Shown: positions 1-10,660, counted from the stretch's first letter. The stretch: 64,000 nucleotides of DNA from Alphaproteobacteria bacterium (GCA_965248835.1 CBDFLJ010000001.1:1120001-1184000), one strand, 5' to 3'. Numbers and translations: made by a program. The notes: generated by a model not told the origin, from the letters alone.

Positions 1-1
1 C

Positions 2-709
2 GGCCTGCCCATCCCGGCCAACGCCGAGATCGCCTTCGAGGGCTGGGTCCACCCGGACGATCTGGTCGAGGAGGGTCCGCTCGGCGAATGGACCGGCTAT
101 TACGCCGGTGGCCAGCGGCCGCAACCGGCGATCCGGATCGCTTCCTTGATGTACCGCAACAATCCGATCCTGCTGGGCGCGATCCCCGCGGTACCGCCCA
201 ACGACGATACTTTCTTCCGCGGCACTTATCGCTGCGGAGCGGTGTGGAACCAGCTCGAAGCCGCCGGCGTGCCCGAGGTCAAGGGCGTGTGGTCGCACGA
301 AGCCGGCGGCTCGCGCATGTGGCTGACGGTGTCGATCAAACAGATGTATGGCGGCCATTCCAAGCAGGCGGGGCTGATCGCCTCGCAATGCCATGCCGGC
401 GCCTACGCCAACCGCTGGGTGGTGGTGGTCGACGACGACATCGATCCGACCAACATGAACGACGTGGTCTGGGCGATGTGCACCCGTTTCGATCCGCGCG
501 AGGGGATGGAAACCCTGCGCGGCTGCTGGAGCACCCATCTCGATCCCATGGCCTACAGCCACGACGACCCGCGCAACGCGCGCGTGGTGATCGATGCCTG
601 CCGGCCGTTCAACCGCCGCGAGACCTTCCCCGTTGTCGCCCGCTCGAGCGCCGAAATGGACGACAAGATGCGCAAGAAGTGGTCGAAGGTCCTGCCGAAG
701 GGCAGTTAA
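2..709 (+). CDS. UbiD-family (prFMN-dependent) decarboxylase, 5'-truncated by the window edge
   Basis: Frame is open from base 2 (GLPIPANAEIAFEG...EEGPLGEWTGYY) into ORF 146..709; UbiD C-terminal motifs VVVVDDDIDP, WAMCTRFDP, VIDACRP. Confidence 0.88.
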   Translation, partial: GLPIPANAEIAFEGWVHPDDLVEEGPLGEWTGYYAGGQRPQPAIRIASLMYRNNPILLGAIPAVPPNDDTFFRGTYRCGAVWNQLEAAGVPEVKGVWSHEAGGSRMWLTVSIKQMYGGHSKQAGLIASQCHAGAYANRWVVVVDDDIDPTNMNDVVWAMCTRFDPREGMETLRGCWSTHLDPMAYSHDDPRNARVVIDACRPFNRRETFPVVARSSAEMDDKMRKKWSKVLPKGS

Positions 710-1941
710 ACCGTCACCGGAGCCCGCCGTTCCGCGCTCGCCCGCGTGGCCGTCAGAACGAAGATCGAGGCGAACCAGAGGATGGCCACGCAGAGGAAGG
801 ATTCGCGCGGTATGCCGGTGTCGATGAACCAGCCGAAGGCCACCGGTGTTGCCAGCGAGCCCACATCCATGCCCGAGTAGACGAACCCGAACACCGTTCC
901 CGAAGCGCCCTTGGGGGTCGAAGCGCGCACGATCAGGTCGCGCGAGGGATAGGCGAGCCCGAACAGGAGTCCGCAGGCGAGGAAGACCGCGCCGATGCCG
1001 GCCACCGGCAGGTCGGCCAGCCAGACCAGGAACATCAGCGCCGATCCGATGCCGTAGCCGACCGCCACGACCGGCTGGTGATTCCGGGTGCGGTCGGCGA
1101 TCAGCCCGCCGCCGAGCACGCCCGCCGGCACCGCGAACAGGAAGACCGAGACGATCAGCCCGGCCGTCTCCAGGTCGATATTCCACGTGCCGGGCAGGGT
1201 GAGCAGGCTGGTCGCCTTGGTCGAAAGCCCGATCTGGGCCATCGAGACCAGCACGAAGAATGTCCAGCACAGCAGGATCGGCGCACCCGACAGCACCGCA
1301 AAGGCCGCGCGCGCCGATGACCGGGACGGGCCGGAAGCCGGCCGATCGGCCTTCTCATCGGTGCTGTCGCGGAAATCCCCGCTGCCCGCCGCGACCAGTG
1401 CCACCGCGGCGAAGCCGACCAGCCCGCCGGCGATGATCGCGGCGCGCCAGCCCCACACGGCACCGATCCCGGCCATCGCGATCGGCGCCAGGGCATAGCC
1501 CAGATAGCCGATGAAGATGTGCGCGCTATAGGCCCGGCCTAGCCGTTCGGGCGCGATTGTTGCGGTCATCACCGAGTAGTCACAGGGGTGAAAGACCGCG
1601 TTGCCGGCACCGGCCAGGACCGCGAGCGCGAACAGCACCTCGTAGTCGCTGAACAATCCATAGCCGAGCGTCGCGCCCGCCATCAGGCCGAGCCCGGCCA
1701 GCAGAACGAAGCGGGCGCCGATTCGATCGACCAGAACGCCGGCCAGCGGCATCAGGACCGCCGATGACAGGAACATCGCCATCACCAGGGCACCGAGCTC
1801 GGTGAAGCTCAGCCCGAGGTCGCGGTGGATCAGCGGGAACAGCGGCGGCAGGGCGAGCTGGTAGAAATGGCTGAAACCGTGCGCGGTCCCGATCAGGGTC
1901 ATTACGCGCAGGTCGCGGCGCACCGCGACGGGAGAACGCAT
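706..1941 (-). CDS. MFS transporter
   Basis: About 12 hydrophobic segments; GVLVDRIGAR and GLIADRTR loop motifs; GNAVFHP (Fsr-like). Start set at ATG 1941. Confidence 0.85.
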   Translation of the reverse strand: MRSPVAVRRDLRVMTLIGTAHGFSHFYQLALPPLFPLIHRDLGLSFTELGALVMAMFLSSAVLMPLAGVLVDRIGARFVLLAGLGLMAGATLGYGLFSDYEVLFALAVLAGAGNAVFHPCDYSVMTATIAPERLGRAYSAHIFIGYLGYALAPIAMAGIGAVWGWRAAIIAGGLVGFAAVALVAAGSGDFRDSTDEKADRPASGPSRSSARAAFAVLSGAPILLCWTFFVLVSMAQIGLSTKATSLLTLPGTWNIDLETAGLIVSVFLFAVPAGVLGGGLIADRTRNHQPVVAVGYGIGSALMFLVWLADLPVAGIGAVFLACGLLFGLAYPSRDLIVRASTPKGASGTVFGFVYSGMDVGSLATPVAFGWFIDTGIPRESFLCVAILWFASIFVLTATRASAERRAPVTV

Positions 1942-1960
1942 GGAAAACGATGCCGGGGTC

Positions 1961-2371
1961 TTAGGGGGCCAAGAGGTCCCGGCTGGACAGGTGCGGCACG
2001 GTCTCGCCGGTATCGGCGAAGGTTCGGGTGACATCCTCGCTGGTGTAGATCCACAGGATGGTCAGCGGACCCTCGCCGTTGTTCTCGAACCGGTGCGGCT
2101 GGCCGGCGAGGATGTAGGTGGTGTCGTGCACCCCGACGGTGGTTGTCCTGCCGTCGATCTCGACCAGCCCCCGGCCGCCCAGGACCGTGACCTGCTCGTC
2201 GCAGTTGTGGGTGTGCATCCTCGCGCCCTCGCCCTTGGGGAAGGCGGTGATCCCCGTAGTGATCAGGCTGGTCGGCGCATTGGCGCGGGTGATCAACGGG
2301 CGGGTCGCAACCCCGCCGCCGCGCTGGATGACGCTGACGTCATCGATCTTCACCACCGTGCTTTCGCTCAT
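1961..2371 (-). CDS. Cupin domain protein
   Basis: Cupin metal motifs HTHNCDEQ and GQPHRFEN; AAGGAG RBS before ATG 2371. Confidence 0.85.
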   Translation of the reverse strand: MSESTVVKIDDVSVIQRGGGVATRPLITRANAPTSLITTGITAFPKGEGARMHTHNCDEQVTVLGGRGLVEIDGRTTTVGVHDTTYILAGQPHRFENNGEGPLTILWIYTSEDVTRTFADTGETVPHLSSRDLLAP

Positions 2372-2399
2372 GATCCAGCTCCTTGTCGAGGCATCCATA

Positions 2400-3887
2400 T
2401 CAGGCCCGGCGCCGGCGCACCAGCAGCAGGAACGGCAGCGCCGCCGCGCAGGCCGCGGTATAGAGCACGAAGGCGTTGATATAGCCGACCATGCCGGCCT
2501 GGCGGGCGATCTCGCGGCTGATCCCGATCAGCCCGGGGACGGTCTCGAAGTTCCACAACACGGTGGCCGCAGGGACCTTGAGCGCCTCGTTGAACGGGCT
2601 GACGGTCTGGCTGAGCTCGGCATAGCTGATGTTGCCGGTGCGGATGACCACCATCACGCTGAGAGAGATGAAGATGCTCGAGCCGTAATTGCGCAGCAAA
2701 TGAAAGATCGCCGAAGCGTCGGGCAGCAGCCTGGGATCGAGGGTGGAGAAGGCGATCAGCGAGACCGGCACCCACATGATGCCGCAGCCGAAGCCCTGGA
2801 GCACGCCGGTCCAGGCGACCTCCCAGGCAGTGACGTTGAGGTCGAAGGTCGTGGTGTTCAACCCGCTCAGGCCGACCGCCAGCAGACCGACCGCGATGCC
2901 GATCCGCGGGTCCAGCCGCCCCATCCTGGCCGCGGCATAGAACCCGACCGCGAGCCCGAGGCCGCGCATCGCCAGGATCCAGCCGATGGTCGAATCCGGA
3001 AAACCCTTGAGGTTCTGCAACATGGGCGGCAGCATCACCGTCGGCGTCACGTTGAGCATGCCGTAGACGAAGACCAGCAACAGCCCGACGTTGAAGTTGA
3101 CGTCGCGGAACAGCGCCGGGTTTATGAACGGCCGGTCGTGCGTTGCGGTATGGACCACGAAGACATACGCGCTCACCGTCATCGCCACGGCGACGAGCAC
3201 GATCTCGGGGCTTTCGAACCAGTCCAGCCGCTCGCCGCGGTCGAGCAGCAACTGCAGACAGGTCACGGCGATCGACAGCGCCAGGAACCCCGTCCAGTCG
3301 AGCCGGGCCGCGCGGTCGCGGTCGCTGCCCTTGATGAAGGCGAGCACCGCGATCAGCGCCAGCACACAAAGCGGCAGAAGGAGCAGGAAGACCCAGCGCC
3401 AGTTATAGGCCTCGGCCAGATACCCGCCTACCGCCGGTGCCAGCGCCGGGCCGATCACCACCGACAGGCCGAAGACTCCTTGCGCGAACGCGCGCCGATC
3501 CGGCGGATAGACGGCGATCAGGATCGCCTGGGAGATCGGCACCAGCGGCGCGCCGAACGCGCCCTGGCCGACGCGGTACACGAGCAGCGCGCCCAGCGTG
3601 TCGGCGGTCGCGCACAGGAAGGTGCTGAGCGAGAAGCCGACCACCGACCAGATGAGGACCCGGCGCTGGCCCCAACGGGAAACCAGCCAGCCGGTCATCG
3701 GCGTCATGACCGCGGTGGCCACGAGGTTGAGCGTGACCACCCATGAGATCTGGTCGGGCGTCGCCGAAAGCGCTCCCTGCATCTGAGGCAGCGCGACGTT
3801 GACGATCGTCAAGGTCGCGACATAGAGCATCGTGCACAGCGACACCGTCATCAGGATGATGCCGCGAGAGAATTCTTCGGACTTCAC
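2400..3887 (-). CDS. DHA2 (EmrB/QacA) family MFS efflux transporter
   Basis: TIVNVALPQM, WVVTLNLVA, GPALAPAVGG, WRWVF and LDRGERLDWFES motifs; GTG start after GGAG. Confidence 0.88.
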   Translation of the reverse strand: MKSEEFSRGIILMTVSLCTMLYVATLTIVNVALPQMQGALSATPDQISWVVTLNLVATAVMTPMTGWLVSRWGQRRVLIWSVVGFSLSTFLCATADTLGALLVYRVGQGAFGAPLVPISQAILIAVYPPDRRAFAQGVFGLSVVIGPALAPAVGGYLAEAYNWRWVFLLLLPLCVLALIAVLAFIKGSDRDRAARLDWTGFLALSIAVTCLQLLLDRGERLDWFESPEIVLVAVAMTVSAYVFVVHTATHDRPFINPALFRDVNFNVGLLLVFVYGMLNVTPTVMLPPMLQNLKGFPDSTIGWILAMRGLGLAVGFYAAARMGRLDPRIGIAVGLLAVGLSGLNTTTFDLNVTAWEVAWTGVLQGFGCGIMWVPVSLIAFSTLDPRLLPDASAIFHLLRNYGSSIFISLSVMVVIRTGNISYAELSQTVSPFNEALKVPAATVLWNFETVPGLIGISREIARQAGMVGYINAFVLYTAACAAALPFLLLVRRRRA

Positions 3888-3975
3888 GGCGTCTCCCGGG
3901 TCCGGGGACCTTGGCCTGCGGGCCAGGTTATGTCTAGATCGGCCGGCGGCAGATCGACGTGGGGAGGCGGGCGCG

Positions 3976-6318
3976 ATGACCGGCGCGGCAAGCAGCGGAA
4001 AAGGAGTCGGTGCGCGCCTGCCGCGCAAGGAAGACAGGCGCTTCCTGCGCGGACACGGCCGCTACGTCGCAGACGTCCAGATCCCCGGCACAAGGGAGGT
4101 CGCTTTCCTGCGCAGTCCGCTGGGCCACGCGCGCGTGCGCGGCATCGCCCGGCCGGAAGACGGCGCCGAGCGGGTGTTCCTGGCCGATGACCTGCCGCGG
4201 ATCAGCCCGGTCCGCGTGGTGCCCGACGTCACCGGCTTCAAGGCGTCCGACCACTGGGCGCTGGCGCGCGACAAGGTGCGGTTTGCCGGCGAGCCGATCG
4301 CCGCCTGTGTGGCCGAGACAAGGGCGGCGGCCGAGGATCTCGCCGGGCGCGTGGTCGCCGACTTGGAGCCGTTGCCGGCGGTCATCGAGCCCCTGGCCGC
4401 GCGCCGGGACCCGCCGGCCCTGGTCCACGAGGCCTGGGGCGACAACATCTACGTCGCCGCGTCGTTCGGCGGCGGCGATATCGAATCGGTGCGCGGCCTG
4501 CCGGTGGTCCTCACCCGCGACTACCGCATGAACCGGCAGTCGACGGTGCCGATGGAGGGCCGCGCGGTGCTCGCTCATTGGGACGAGCGCGCCGACGAGC
4601 TCGTGGTCTATCTCACTTCGCAGATCCCCCACCTGCTGCGGATCGGGCTCGCCCAGACGCTCGGGCTCCAGATCCGGCAGGTCCGGGTGATCTCGCCCGA
4701 TGTCGGCGGCGGGTTCGGCGGCAAGGCACGCATGATGCCCGAGGAAATCGTGGTCTCGGCGATCGCGCTTCAGACCGGGCTGCCGGTACGCTGGGTCGAG
4801 GATGTCGGCGAGCACCTGCAGGCCGCGTGCCAGGTGCGCGAGCACGTCTACCGCATCACCGCCTATGCCGACGCGCGCGGGCTGATCAAGGGAATCGATG
4901 CTGAGATCACCATCGACGGCGGCGCATACGCGCTATGGCATACCGGCCCGTTCATGGAGACCGGGATGGCCGCGCGCAACCTGCCGGGGCCCTACCGGAT
5001 CGAGCATTTCCGCGCGCAGACCTGGACGGTCGCCACCAACAAGGCGCCGCTGGGAGTCTATCGCGGAGTCGCCCGGCCGGGCGCCTGTTTCGCGATCGAG
5101 CGGACCATCGATGAGGTCGCCCGCGCCGTCGGCCGTGATCCGATGGCGGTCCGCATCGACAACATGGTGCCGCCCGAGGCGATGCCCTACCGCACCGTGG
5201 GCGACATGAAGTTCGACAACGGCGACTACCCCGAATCGGTGCGCCGCGCCGCCGCGCTGGTCGACCTGGGCGGCATCCGAAAGCGCCAGGCAACGAAGCT
5301 GCCCGACGGAAGGCTGCTCGGGTTCGGGCTCGGCAGCTTCACCGAACAGTCCGCCCACGGCGCCGAGGAATGGGTCAAGCGGCGCACCCCCATCGTCGCC
5401 GGCTACGAGACCGCGACCGCGCGGATGCATTCCGACGGCTCGATGCACCTGCTGGTCGCCATCCATAGCCACGGCCAGGGGATGGAGACCACGCTTGCAC
5501 AGATCGCCAACGAGGAGATCGGCATCGACCCCGACGACGTCTCGGTGCGCTTCGGCGATACCGCGGTCTCGCCCTTCGGTATGGGCACATTCGCCTCGCG
5601 CTCGATCGTGATGGGCGGCGGCGCAGTGTCCAACGCCTGCATCGCGCTGCGCGCGAAGATGGCCCGGATCGCCGCCCATCATTTGCAATGCGAGGCCGCC
5701 TCGGTGCGCTTCGAGGACGGCGCGGCGCACGGGCCGTCGGGCTCGATGACGCTGGCCGAGATCGGCCGCATCGCCCACCTGCGCCAGGAGCTGCTGCCCG
5801 AGGGAACCGATCCGGTGCTCGACGTGACCGCGACCTACGAGCCGACGGAGACGACGGGCGTCTTCTCGTATTCGACTCATGCCGCGGTCATCGCCGTCGA
5901 CCCGGCGACCGGCGCGGTCGAGATCCTCGATTACGCGGTGGTCGAGGATTGCGGCACCGTGGTCAACCCGATGGTCGTGGACGGCCAGATCCTGGGCGGC
6001 ACCGTGCAGGGGATCGGCACCGCGCTCTACGAGGAGGTGGTCTTCGACGCCGACGGCCAGCCGATGGCAACGACCTTGGCCGATTACCTGCTGCCCGGCG
6101 CGGCGGAAATCCCCGATATCAAGATCGGCCACATGGTCACGCCGGCGACCTCAACCCGGTTCGGCATGAAGGGCATGGGCGAAGGCGGTGCGATCGCCCC
6201 GCCGGCCGCGATCGCCAACGCGCTCGCCGATGCGTTCGGCGCCCATGGCGTGCAGTTCAACGAGACCCCGTTGACCCCGCGCCGGGTTCTCGCCGCGATC
6301 CGGGCCGCCGGACGTTGA
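3976..6318 (+). CDS. Xanthine dehydrogenase family molybdopterin-binding large subunit (CoxL-like, not form I CODH)
   Basis: RKEDRRFLRG N-terminus, DVGGGFGGK, HGQG, GTFASRS, KGMGEG; active-site loop VYRGVAR. Confidence 0.92.
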   Translation: MTGAASSGKGVGARLPRKEDRRFLRGHGRYVADVQIPGTREVAFLRSPLGHARVRGIARPEDGAERVFLADDLPRISPVRVVPDVTGFKASDHWALARDKVRFAGEPIAACVAETRAAAEDLAGRVVADLEPLPAVIEPLAARRDPPALVHEAWGDNIYVAASFGGGDIESVRGLPVVLTRDYRMNRQSTVPMEGRAVLAHWDERADELVVYLTSQIPHLLRIGLAQTLGLQIRQVRVISPDVGGGFGGKARMMPEEIVVSAIALQTGLPVRWVEDVGEHLQAACQVREHVYRITAYADARGLIKGIDAEITIDGGAYALWHTGPFMETGMAARNLPGPYRIEHFRAQTWTVATNKAPLGVYRGVARPGACFAIERTIDEVARAVGRDPMAVRIDNMVPPEAMPYRTVGDMKFDNGDYPESVRRAAALVDLGGIRKRQATKLPDGRLLGFGLGSFTEQSAHGAEEWVKRRTPIVAGYETATARMHSDGSMHLLVAIHSHGQGMETTLAQIANEEIGIDPDDVSVRFGDTAVSPFGMGTFASRSIVMGGGAVSNACIALRAKMARIAAHHLQCEAASVRFEDGAAHGPSGSMTLAEIGRIAHLRQELLPEGTDPVLDVTATYEPTETTGVFSYSTHAAVIAVDPATGAVEILDYAVVEDCGTVVNPMVVDGQILGGTVQGIGTALYEEVVFDADGQPMATTLADYLLPGAAEIPDIKIGHMVTPATSTRFGMKGMGEGGAIAPPAAIANALADAFGAHGVQFNETPLTPRRVLAAIRAAGR

Positions 6319-6346
6319 TCGGGCGCTTCGTCGTCGCGCCCGGCGC

Positions 6347-7255
6347 CTAGCCGAACGCCCGCTCGGCGCGGAGGTGGACGTCGATTTCGGCGAATACGGC
6401 ATCGAGGATCGCATCGCTTTCCATCAGCAGCTCGTGCCGAGCGTGCGCGAAGACCGCCAGGCGGCCGGCGGGAAGCCGGTCGGCGATACGCCGATGGCTG
6501 CGCTGGTCGACGACCCGGTCTTCGGCCGCGCTCAGCACGGTGACCGGCAGATCCGGCGGGCAAGCGGCGGCCTCACCATCGAGAGCGCGAATCGAGGCAA
6601 GCCCCGCCCGCAGCCAGGCATAGGTCGGCCCGCCAAGATGGAGGTTCGGCGCGTCGATCCGCGCGCGCCGCGAACGCTCGAACCGCGCCTGATCGCCGGT
6701 CAACCTGTTATTCTCGAACGTCTCTGCCGTCGGGTCGCGGGCCTTCCGGCCGGGCAGAAAGGCGGTACCGAGACCGAGCTTGCAGGCGATCGCGGCGGCT
6801 GCGGTCAGCGCCCACAGCTTCGCCCGGCCCAGCGGCAGGCCCCATAACGGCGAGACGAAGATCGCCGATGCGAACACGTCCGGTCGCCGGATGAGAAACC
6901 GCATGCCCACGTTGGCGCCGGTGGAGTGGGCCATGAGGATCAACCGACCGGTCCAGCGCGGGCGCACCACCGACTCAAGCACCCTTTGGAGATCGGCGAT
7001 GTAGGTCTCGAAATCCTCGACATGGCCCTTGTGGCGGTCGGCCAGCGGGCGCGAAGACAGACCTTGGCCGCGCCAATCGAAGGCGATCACGCCGAGGCCG
7101 CGCGCGGCAAGCCGGTCGATCACTTCGCGGTATTTCTCCAGGAACTCGCCCCGGCCCTGAAGCAGCACGACCACCGCGGTGCTGTCGGCGTCGATCCCGG
7201 CCGCGCACCAGCGCAGCCAGTGGCCGTCATCGATGTCGAGCCTGTGGAACTCCAT
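6347..7255 (-). CDS. Alpha/beta hydrolase, lysophospholipase L2 (PldB)-like
   Basis: GRGEFLEKY, FDWRGQGLS, nucleophile elbow AHSTG, ARHELLME. Confidence 0.87.
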   Translation of the reverse strand: MEFHRLDIDDGHWLRWCAAGIDADSTAVVVLLQGRGEFLEKYREVIDRLAARGLGVIAFDWRGQGLSSRPLADRHKGHVEDFETYIADLQRVLESVVRPRWTGRLILMAHSTGANVGMRFLIRRPDVFASAIFVSPLWGLPLGRAKLWALTAAAAIACKLGLGTAFLPGRKARDPTAETFENNRLTGDQARFERSRRARIDAPNLHLGGPTYAWLRAGLASIRALDGEAAACPPDLPVTVLSAAEDRVVDQRSHRRIADRLPAGRLAVFAHARHELLMESDAILDAVFAEIDVHLRAERAFG

Positions 7256-7272
7256 CGCCGCCGGCGCCGCTG

Positions 7273-8673
7273 CTAAAGCCGAAGCCCGGCCTTGATCACC
7301 TTGCCCGCCGGGCCTTTGGGGAGGTCGGAGGCGAAACGGACATGGCGCGGGTACTTGTAGCCGGCCATGCGCGCGCGGCAGAAGGAGATGATCTCCTCGG
7401 CGCTGGGATCGGTATCCGGCTTGACGGTGACGAAGGCCGCGATCTCCTCGCCGAGGTCGGCGTCGGCCACGCCGATGACCGCCGCATCGGCGATTGCCGG
7501 ATGGCTCAGCAGCATCGCCTCGACCTCGCCGGCGGCCACCGTATAGCCGCCGCGGATGATCATGTCCTTCTTGCGTCCGACGATGCGCACGTAGCCGTCC
7601 TCGGAGAGGATCGCCAGATCGCCGGTCCTGAACCAGTCGCCGGCCAGCACCTCTTCGGTCTCCGCCGGCCTGCCGAAATAGCCGCTCATGCGCGCCGGAC
7701 TCTTGATCCACAGCTCGCCGGTCTCGCCGGCTGCCAGCGGCACCTCGTCCTCATCGACCACGCGCAGCGCGACGTCTGGCACCGCGCGGCCGATCGAGTC
7801 GGGCCGGTCCGCCGGATCGGCCGCGCGGTAGGAGATCGGACGGAACAGCTCTGTCATGCCGTATCCGCGCACGATCCGCGCGCCGGTGGCCGCCCGCCAG
7901 GCTTCGGCCAGATCCCACGGGCACGGCGCGGCGCCGGACAGCGCATAGCGCAGGCTGGCGAGATCGGCGGTCGCCAGGGAAGGCGTCTCCAGGATGCGGC
8001 GGAACATCGTCGCGACCCCGGGAAAGACCGTCACCCGGTGGCGGGCGATCGCGGCCAGCGAGTCCTCGGGGGTGAACCGGGGCAGGAAGACCACCGACCC
8101 GCCGGCCAGCAGCGGCGCCATCACCGCGCCGAAGATCCCCAGGGAATGGGCGAGCGGCAGCGCCGACAGCGAGACGTCATCGCAGGACAGGTCCATCACC
8201 GGATCGCGCCAGGAGACCAGCGCGAACGCCGTCGCACGGTGCGACAGCCGCACGCCCTTGGGCGCCCCCGTGCTGCCGGAGGTGTAGAGGATGATCGCGC
8301 AGTCCTGCGCATCGACCGCGCGCGCCGGGAAGTCGGCCTCGCCGGCGGGGATGGCGTCGATCACCCGGACCGGCGCGAGATCGCCCAGGATCCTGGCCCG
8401 CTCGTCGTCTCTCAAAAGCGGGTTGAGGGGGGTGACGCTCGCCCCGGTCTTGAGCACGCCGAACACGGCGACGATCAGATCCGCGGGATCGTCCAGGCCG
8501 ACCGCGAGGCGGTCGCCGGGCCCGACGCCGTCCTCGGCCAGGCTCTTGGCGAGCGCGCCCGCCCGCGCCTCGAACACCGTCCAGTCGATCGCCGACTCAC
8601 CGGAGATCAGGACCGGCTTGTCAGCCCATCGCCGGGCGGTCTGCTCGAGCAAGCATGCGAGGTTGGCCGGCAT
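7273..8673 (-). CDS. AMP-binding acyl-CoA ligase
   Basis: YTSGSTGAPKG, GYGMTE, RTGDLA, GRKKDMIIRGG and the A10 lysine (PKGPAGK). Confidence 0.92.
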   Translation of the reverse strand: MPANLACLLEQTARRWADKPVLISGESAIDWTVFEARAGALAKSLAEDGVGPGDRLAVGLDDPADLIVAVFGVLKTGASVTPLNPLLRDDERARILGDLAPVRVIDAIPAGEADFPARAVDAQDCAIILYTSGSTGAPKGVRLSHRATAFALVSWRDPVMDLSCDDVSLSALPLAHSLGIFGAVMAPLLAGGSVVFLPRFTPEDSLAAIARHRVTVFPGVATMFRRILETPSLATADLASLRYALSGAAPCPWDLAEAWRAATGARIVRGYGMTELFRPISYRAADPADRPDSIGRAVPDVALRVVDEDEVPLAAGETGELWIKSPARMSGYFGRPAETEEVLAGDWFRTGDLAILSEDGYVRIVGRKKDMIIRGGYTVAAGEVEAMLLSHPAIADAAVIGVADADLGEEIAAFVTVKPDTDPSAEEIISFCRARMAGYKYPRHVRFASDLPKGPAGKVIKAGLRL

Positions 8674-8679
8674 TGCGGC

Positions 8680-10038
8680 TCAGGACAAGAGCGCCTTGAC
8701 GTCGATGCCGTCCCATACCGCCGACGGGAAGCTGTGGCGCGGGGTGTAGGCGGCAAGGCTGGGCTTGGCCGTCGCGTCGACGCCCCATTTGGCGGTGAAG
8801 CCGTCGTTCCCGGCGGTCGACGGGTCGAGGTCCGAGCCCCGCGCGCCGGTGATGACCGTCAGGTCCTTGTCGGGCTGGCAGCGCGTGGCGATCGCCCAGT
8901 TGACCTCCCGGTCGTTGAACACGTCGACATCGTGATCGACCACGACCACCCGCTTCATGTAGAGGTCGGCGCCGAGCACGGCGAGGATGGCGTTCTTGGC
9001 CTGGCCGGCCAGCCGCTGCTCGATCGAGACGTAGCAGGTGAACGGGCTCGGCACGCGCACCGCGGTGACCGAAGGGATCATCGCCCGCACCGCCCGGTAG
9101 AGGTTGGCCTCCATCGGGATGGTCGACAGCAGCATGTGGTCGAGATGGCCGACCGAGATGTCGTGGAACATCGCACCCCTGCGGTGGGTGAGCGCGTTGA
9201 TTTTGACCACCTCGCGGTCCCGCGCGCCGAGGCTGTAGCCGGTGAACTCGCCGAACGGACCTTCGGCGATGCGCTGGCGCGGCAGGATCTCGGCCTCGAT
9301 GATCATCTCGGCCTGGGCCGGCACCAGCACGTCGGAGGTCTCGCAGCGCACCAGCTCCAGCGGCTCACCCAGCAGCCCGCCCATGATGCCGCGCTCGTCC
9401 TCGTCGATCGAGCCGATGGCCAGACAGCCTAGCGCAATCGCCGGATGGACGCCGACGGCGAAGGCCACCGGCAGCGGCTCGCCGCGGGATTCGGCGATCT
9501 GGTAATACTCCCACAGGTGCTTGCCGAGCGTCAGATGGATCGAGGTGCTGTCCGGGCCGGTGATCATCAGCCGGTTGTAGGCGCAGTTCCACATCGCGCT
9601 GTCGGGGTCCTTGGCGAACGAGATCGCCGCGGTGATGTAGGCACCGCCGTCGCCCTGGTGATGCTCGAGCTGGGGCAGCGCGCGCATGTCGAGATCCGCG
9701 CCGGTCAGCACCACGTCCTTGCACAGCCCGGTGTTGACCTCGCGCGGCGGCACCGGCCGGTCCATCGCATCGAGGTACTTGCGCAGCATCTGGTCGGGCG
9801 CGGCCCCCATCGCCATCGCCAGCCGCGACCGGCTGGCGTGGAGGTTGGTGATGACCGGGAACGCGGTGCCCTTGACGTTCTCGAACACCAGGACGGGGCG
9901 GCGGCGCGCTTCCTTTTCGATCTTGACCACCGCCGCGGTGATCTCGTGACCGGGGTCCATCTCGCGCGAGACGGTGACGAATTCGTCGGGCCGCTCCGAC
10001 TTTATGCGCGCCAGATAGCTCGGAAGGTCCTGCGCCAT
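8680..10038 (-). CDS. UbiD-family decarboxylase
   Basis: YNR, EGPFGEFTGY, VVVVDHDVD, WAIATRCQP, KWGVDAT. Confidence 0.92.
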   Translation of the reverse strand: MAQDLPSYLARIKSERPDEFVTVSREMDPGHEITAAVVKIEKEARRRPVLVFENVKGTAFPVITNLHASRSRLAMAMGAAPDQMLRKYLDAMDRPVPPREVNTGLCKDVVLTGADLDMRALPQLEHHQGDGGAYITAAISFAKDPDSAMWNCAYNRLMITGPDSTSIHLTLGKHLWEYYQIAESRGEPLPVAFAVGVHPAIALGCLAIGSIDEDERGIMGGLLGEPLELVRCETSDVLVPAQAEMIIEAEILPRQRIAEGPFGEFTGYSLGARDREVVKINALTHRRGAMFHDISVGHLDHMLLSTIPMEANLYRAVRAMIPSVTAVRVPSPFTCYVSIEQRLAGQAKNAILAVLGADLYMKRVVVVDHDVDVFNDREVNWAIATRCQPDKDLTVITGARGSDLDPSTAGNDGFTAKWGVDATAKPSLAAYTPRHSFPSAVWDGIDVKALLS

Positions 10039-10115
10039 TCGCTTGCCGGTTCCCTTGAAGGCCTTGCGGATCGGTCGGCCACGCTAGCGAAGCGGCGCGG
10101 TGCGGACAAGACGGC

Positions 10116-10577
10116 TCAGTCGGGCGTATAGGCTTTCAGCCCGGGAAGCCTGGCTGGATCCTCCGAGCGCCCGCGCAGCTCCAGCACGTTCAGGTCGGGA
10201 TCGCGCACGAACAGCGAGACATGGTCGCTTTCGCCGAACTGGACCGGACCCTGGCGGATCTCGATGCCGTTCCTGGCCAGCGCCTTCATCGTCGCCTCGA
10301 TCGACCTCACCCGCAGCGCGACATGGGTGAAGCCGGCATATTTCTTGCCCATTTCGTCCATCAGGATATTGCGATTGCCGTTGTCGTCGTTGGCGTTGAC
10401 GATCAGGTTGATCTCGACCCCTTGCGGATTCCTGATGATGATCACCGCGTCGTGGGTGACGCGCTCCAGCAGCTCGAACCCGAGCGCCTCGTAGAAGGCG
10501 ATCGCCCTGTAGGGGTCGCGCACCCGGATCCCGAGATGGTCGACCTGCTCGATGTGGATGGTCTCATCGGCGGCCAT
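10116..10577 (-). CDS. VOC/glyoxalase family protein
   Basis: DHLGIRV, THVAL, FVRDPDLNVLEL; GGAGG RBS. The gene is the C-terminal part of ORF 10116..11300. Confidence 0.87.
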   Translation of the reverse strand: MAADETIHIEQVDHLGIRVRDPYRAIAFYEALGFELLERVTHDAVIIIRNPQGVEINLIVNANDDNGNRNILMDEMGKKYAGFTHVALRVRSIEATMKALARNGIEIRQGPVQFGESDHVSLFVRDPDLNVLELRGRSEDPARLPGLKAYTPD

Positions 10578-10660
10578 GGCGCTGTCCTCCGGTCTTTCGC
10601 TTGTCTTGCCGGCCAAGTGTAGCATTGCCGCGCCCGATTTCGGCCAGGTGATCCCGGGGC

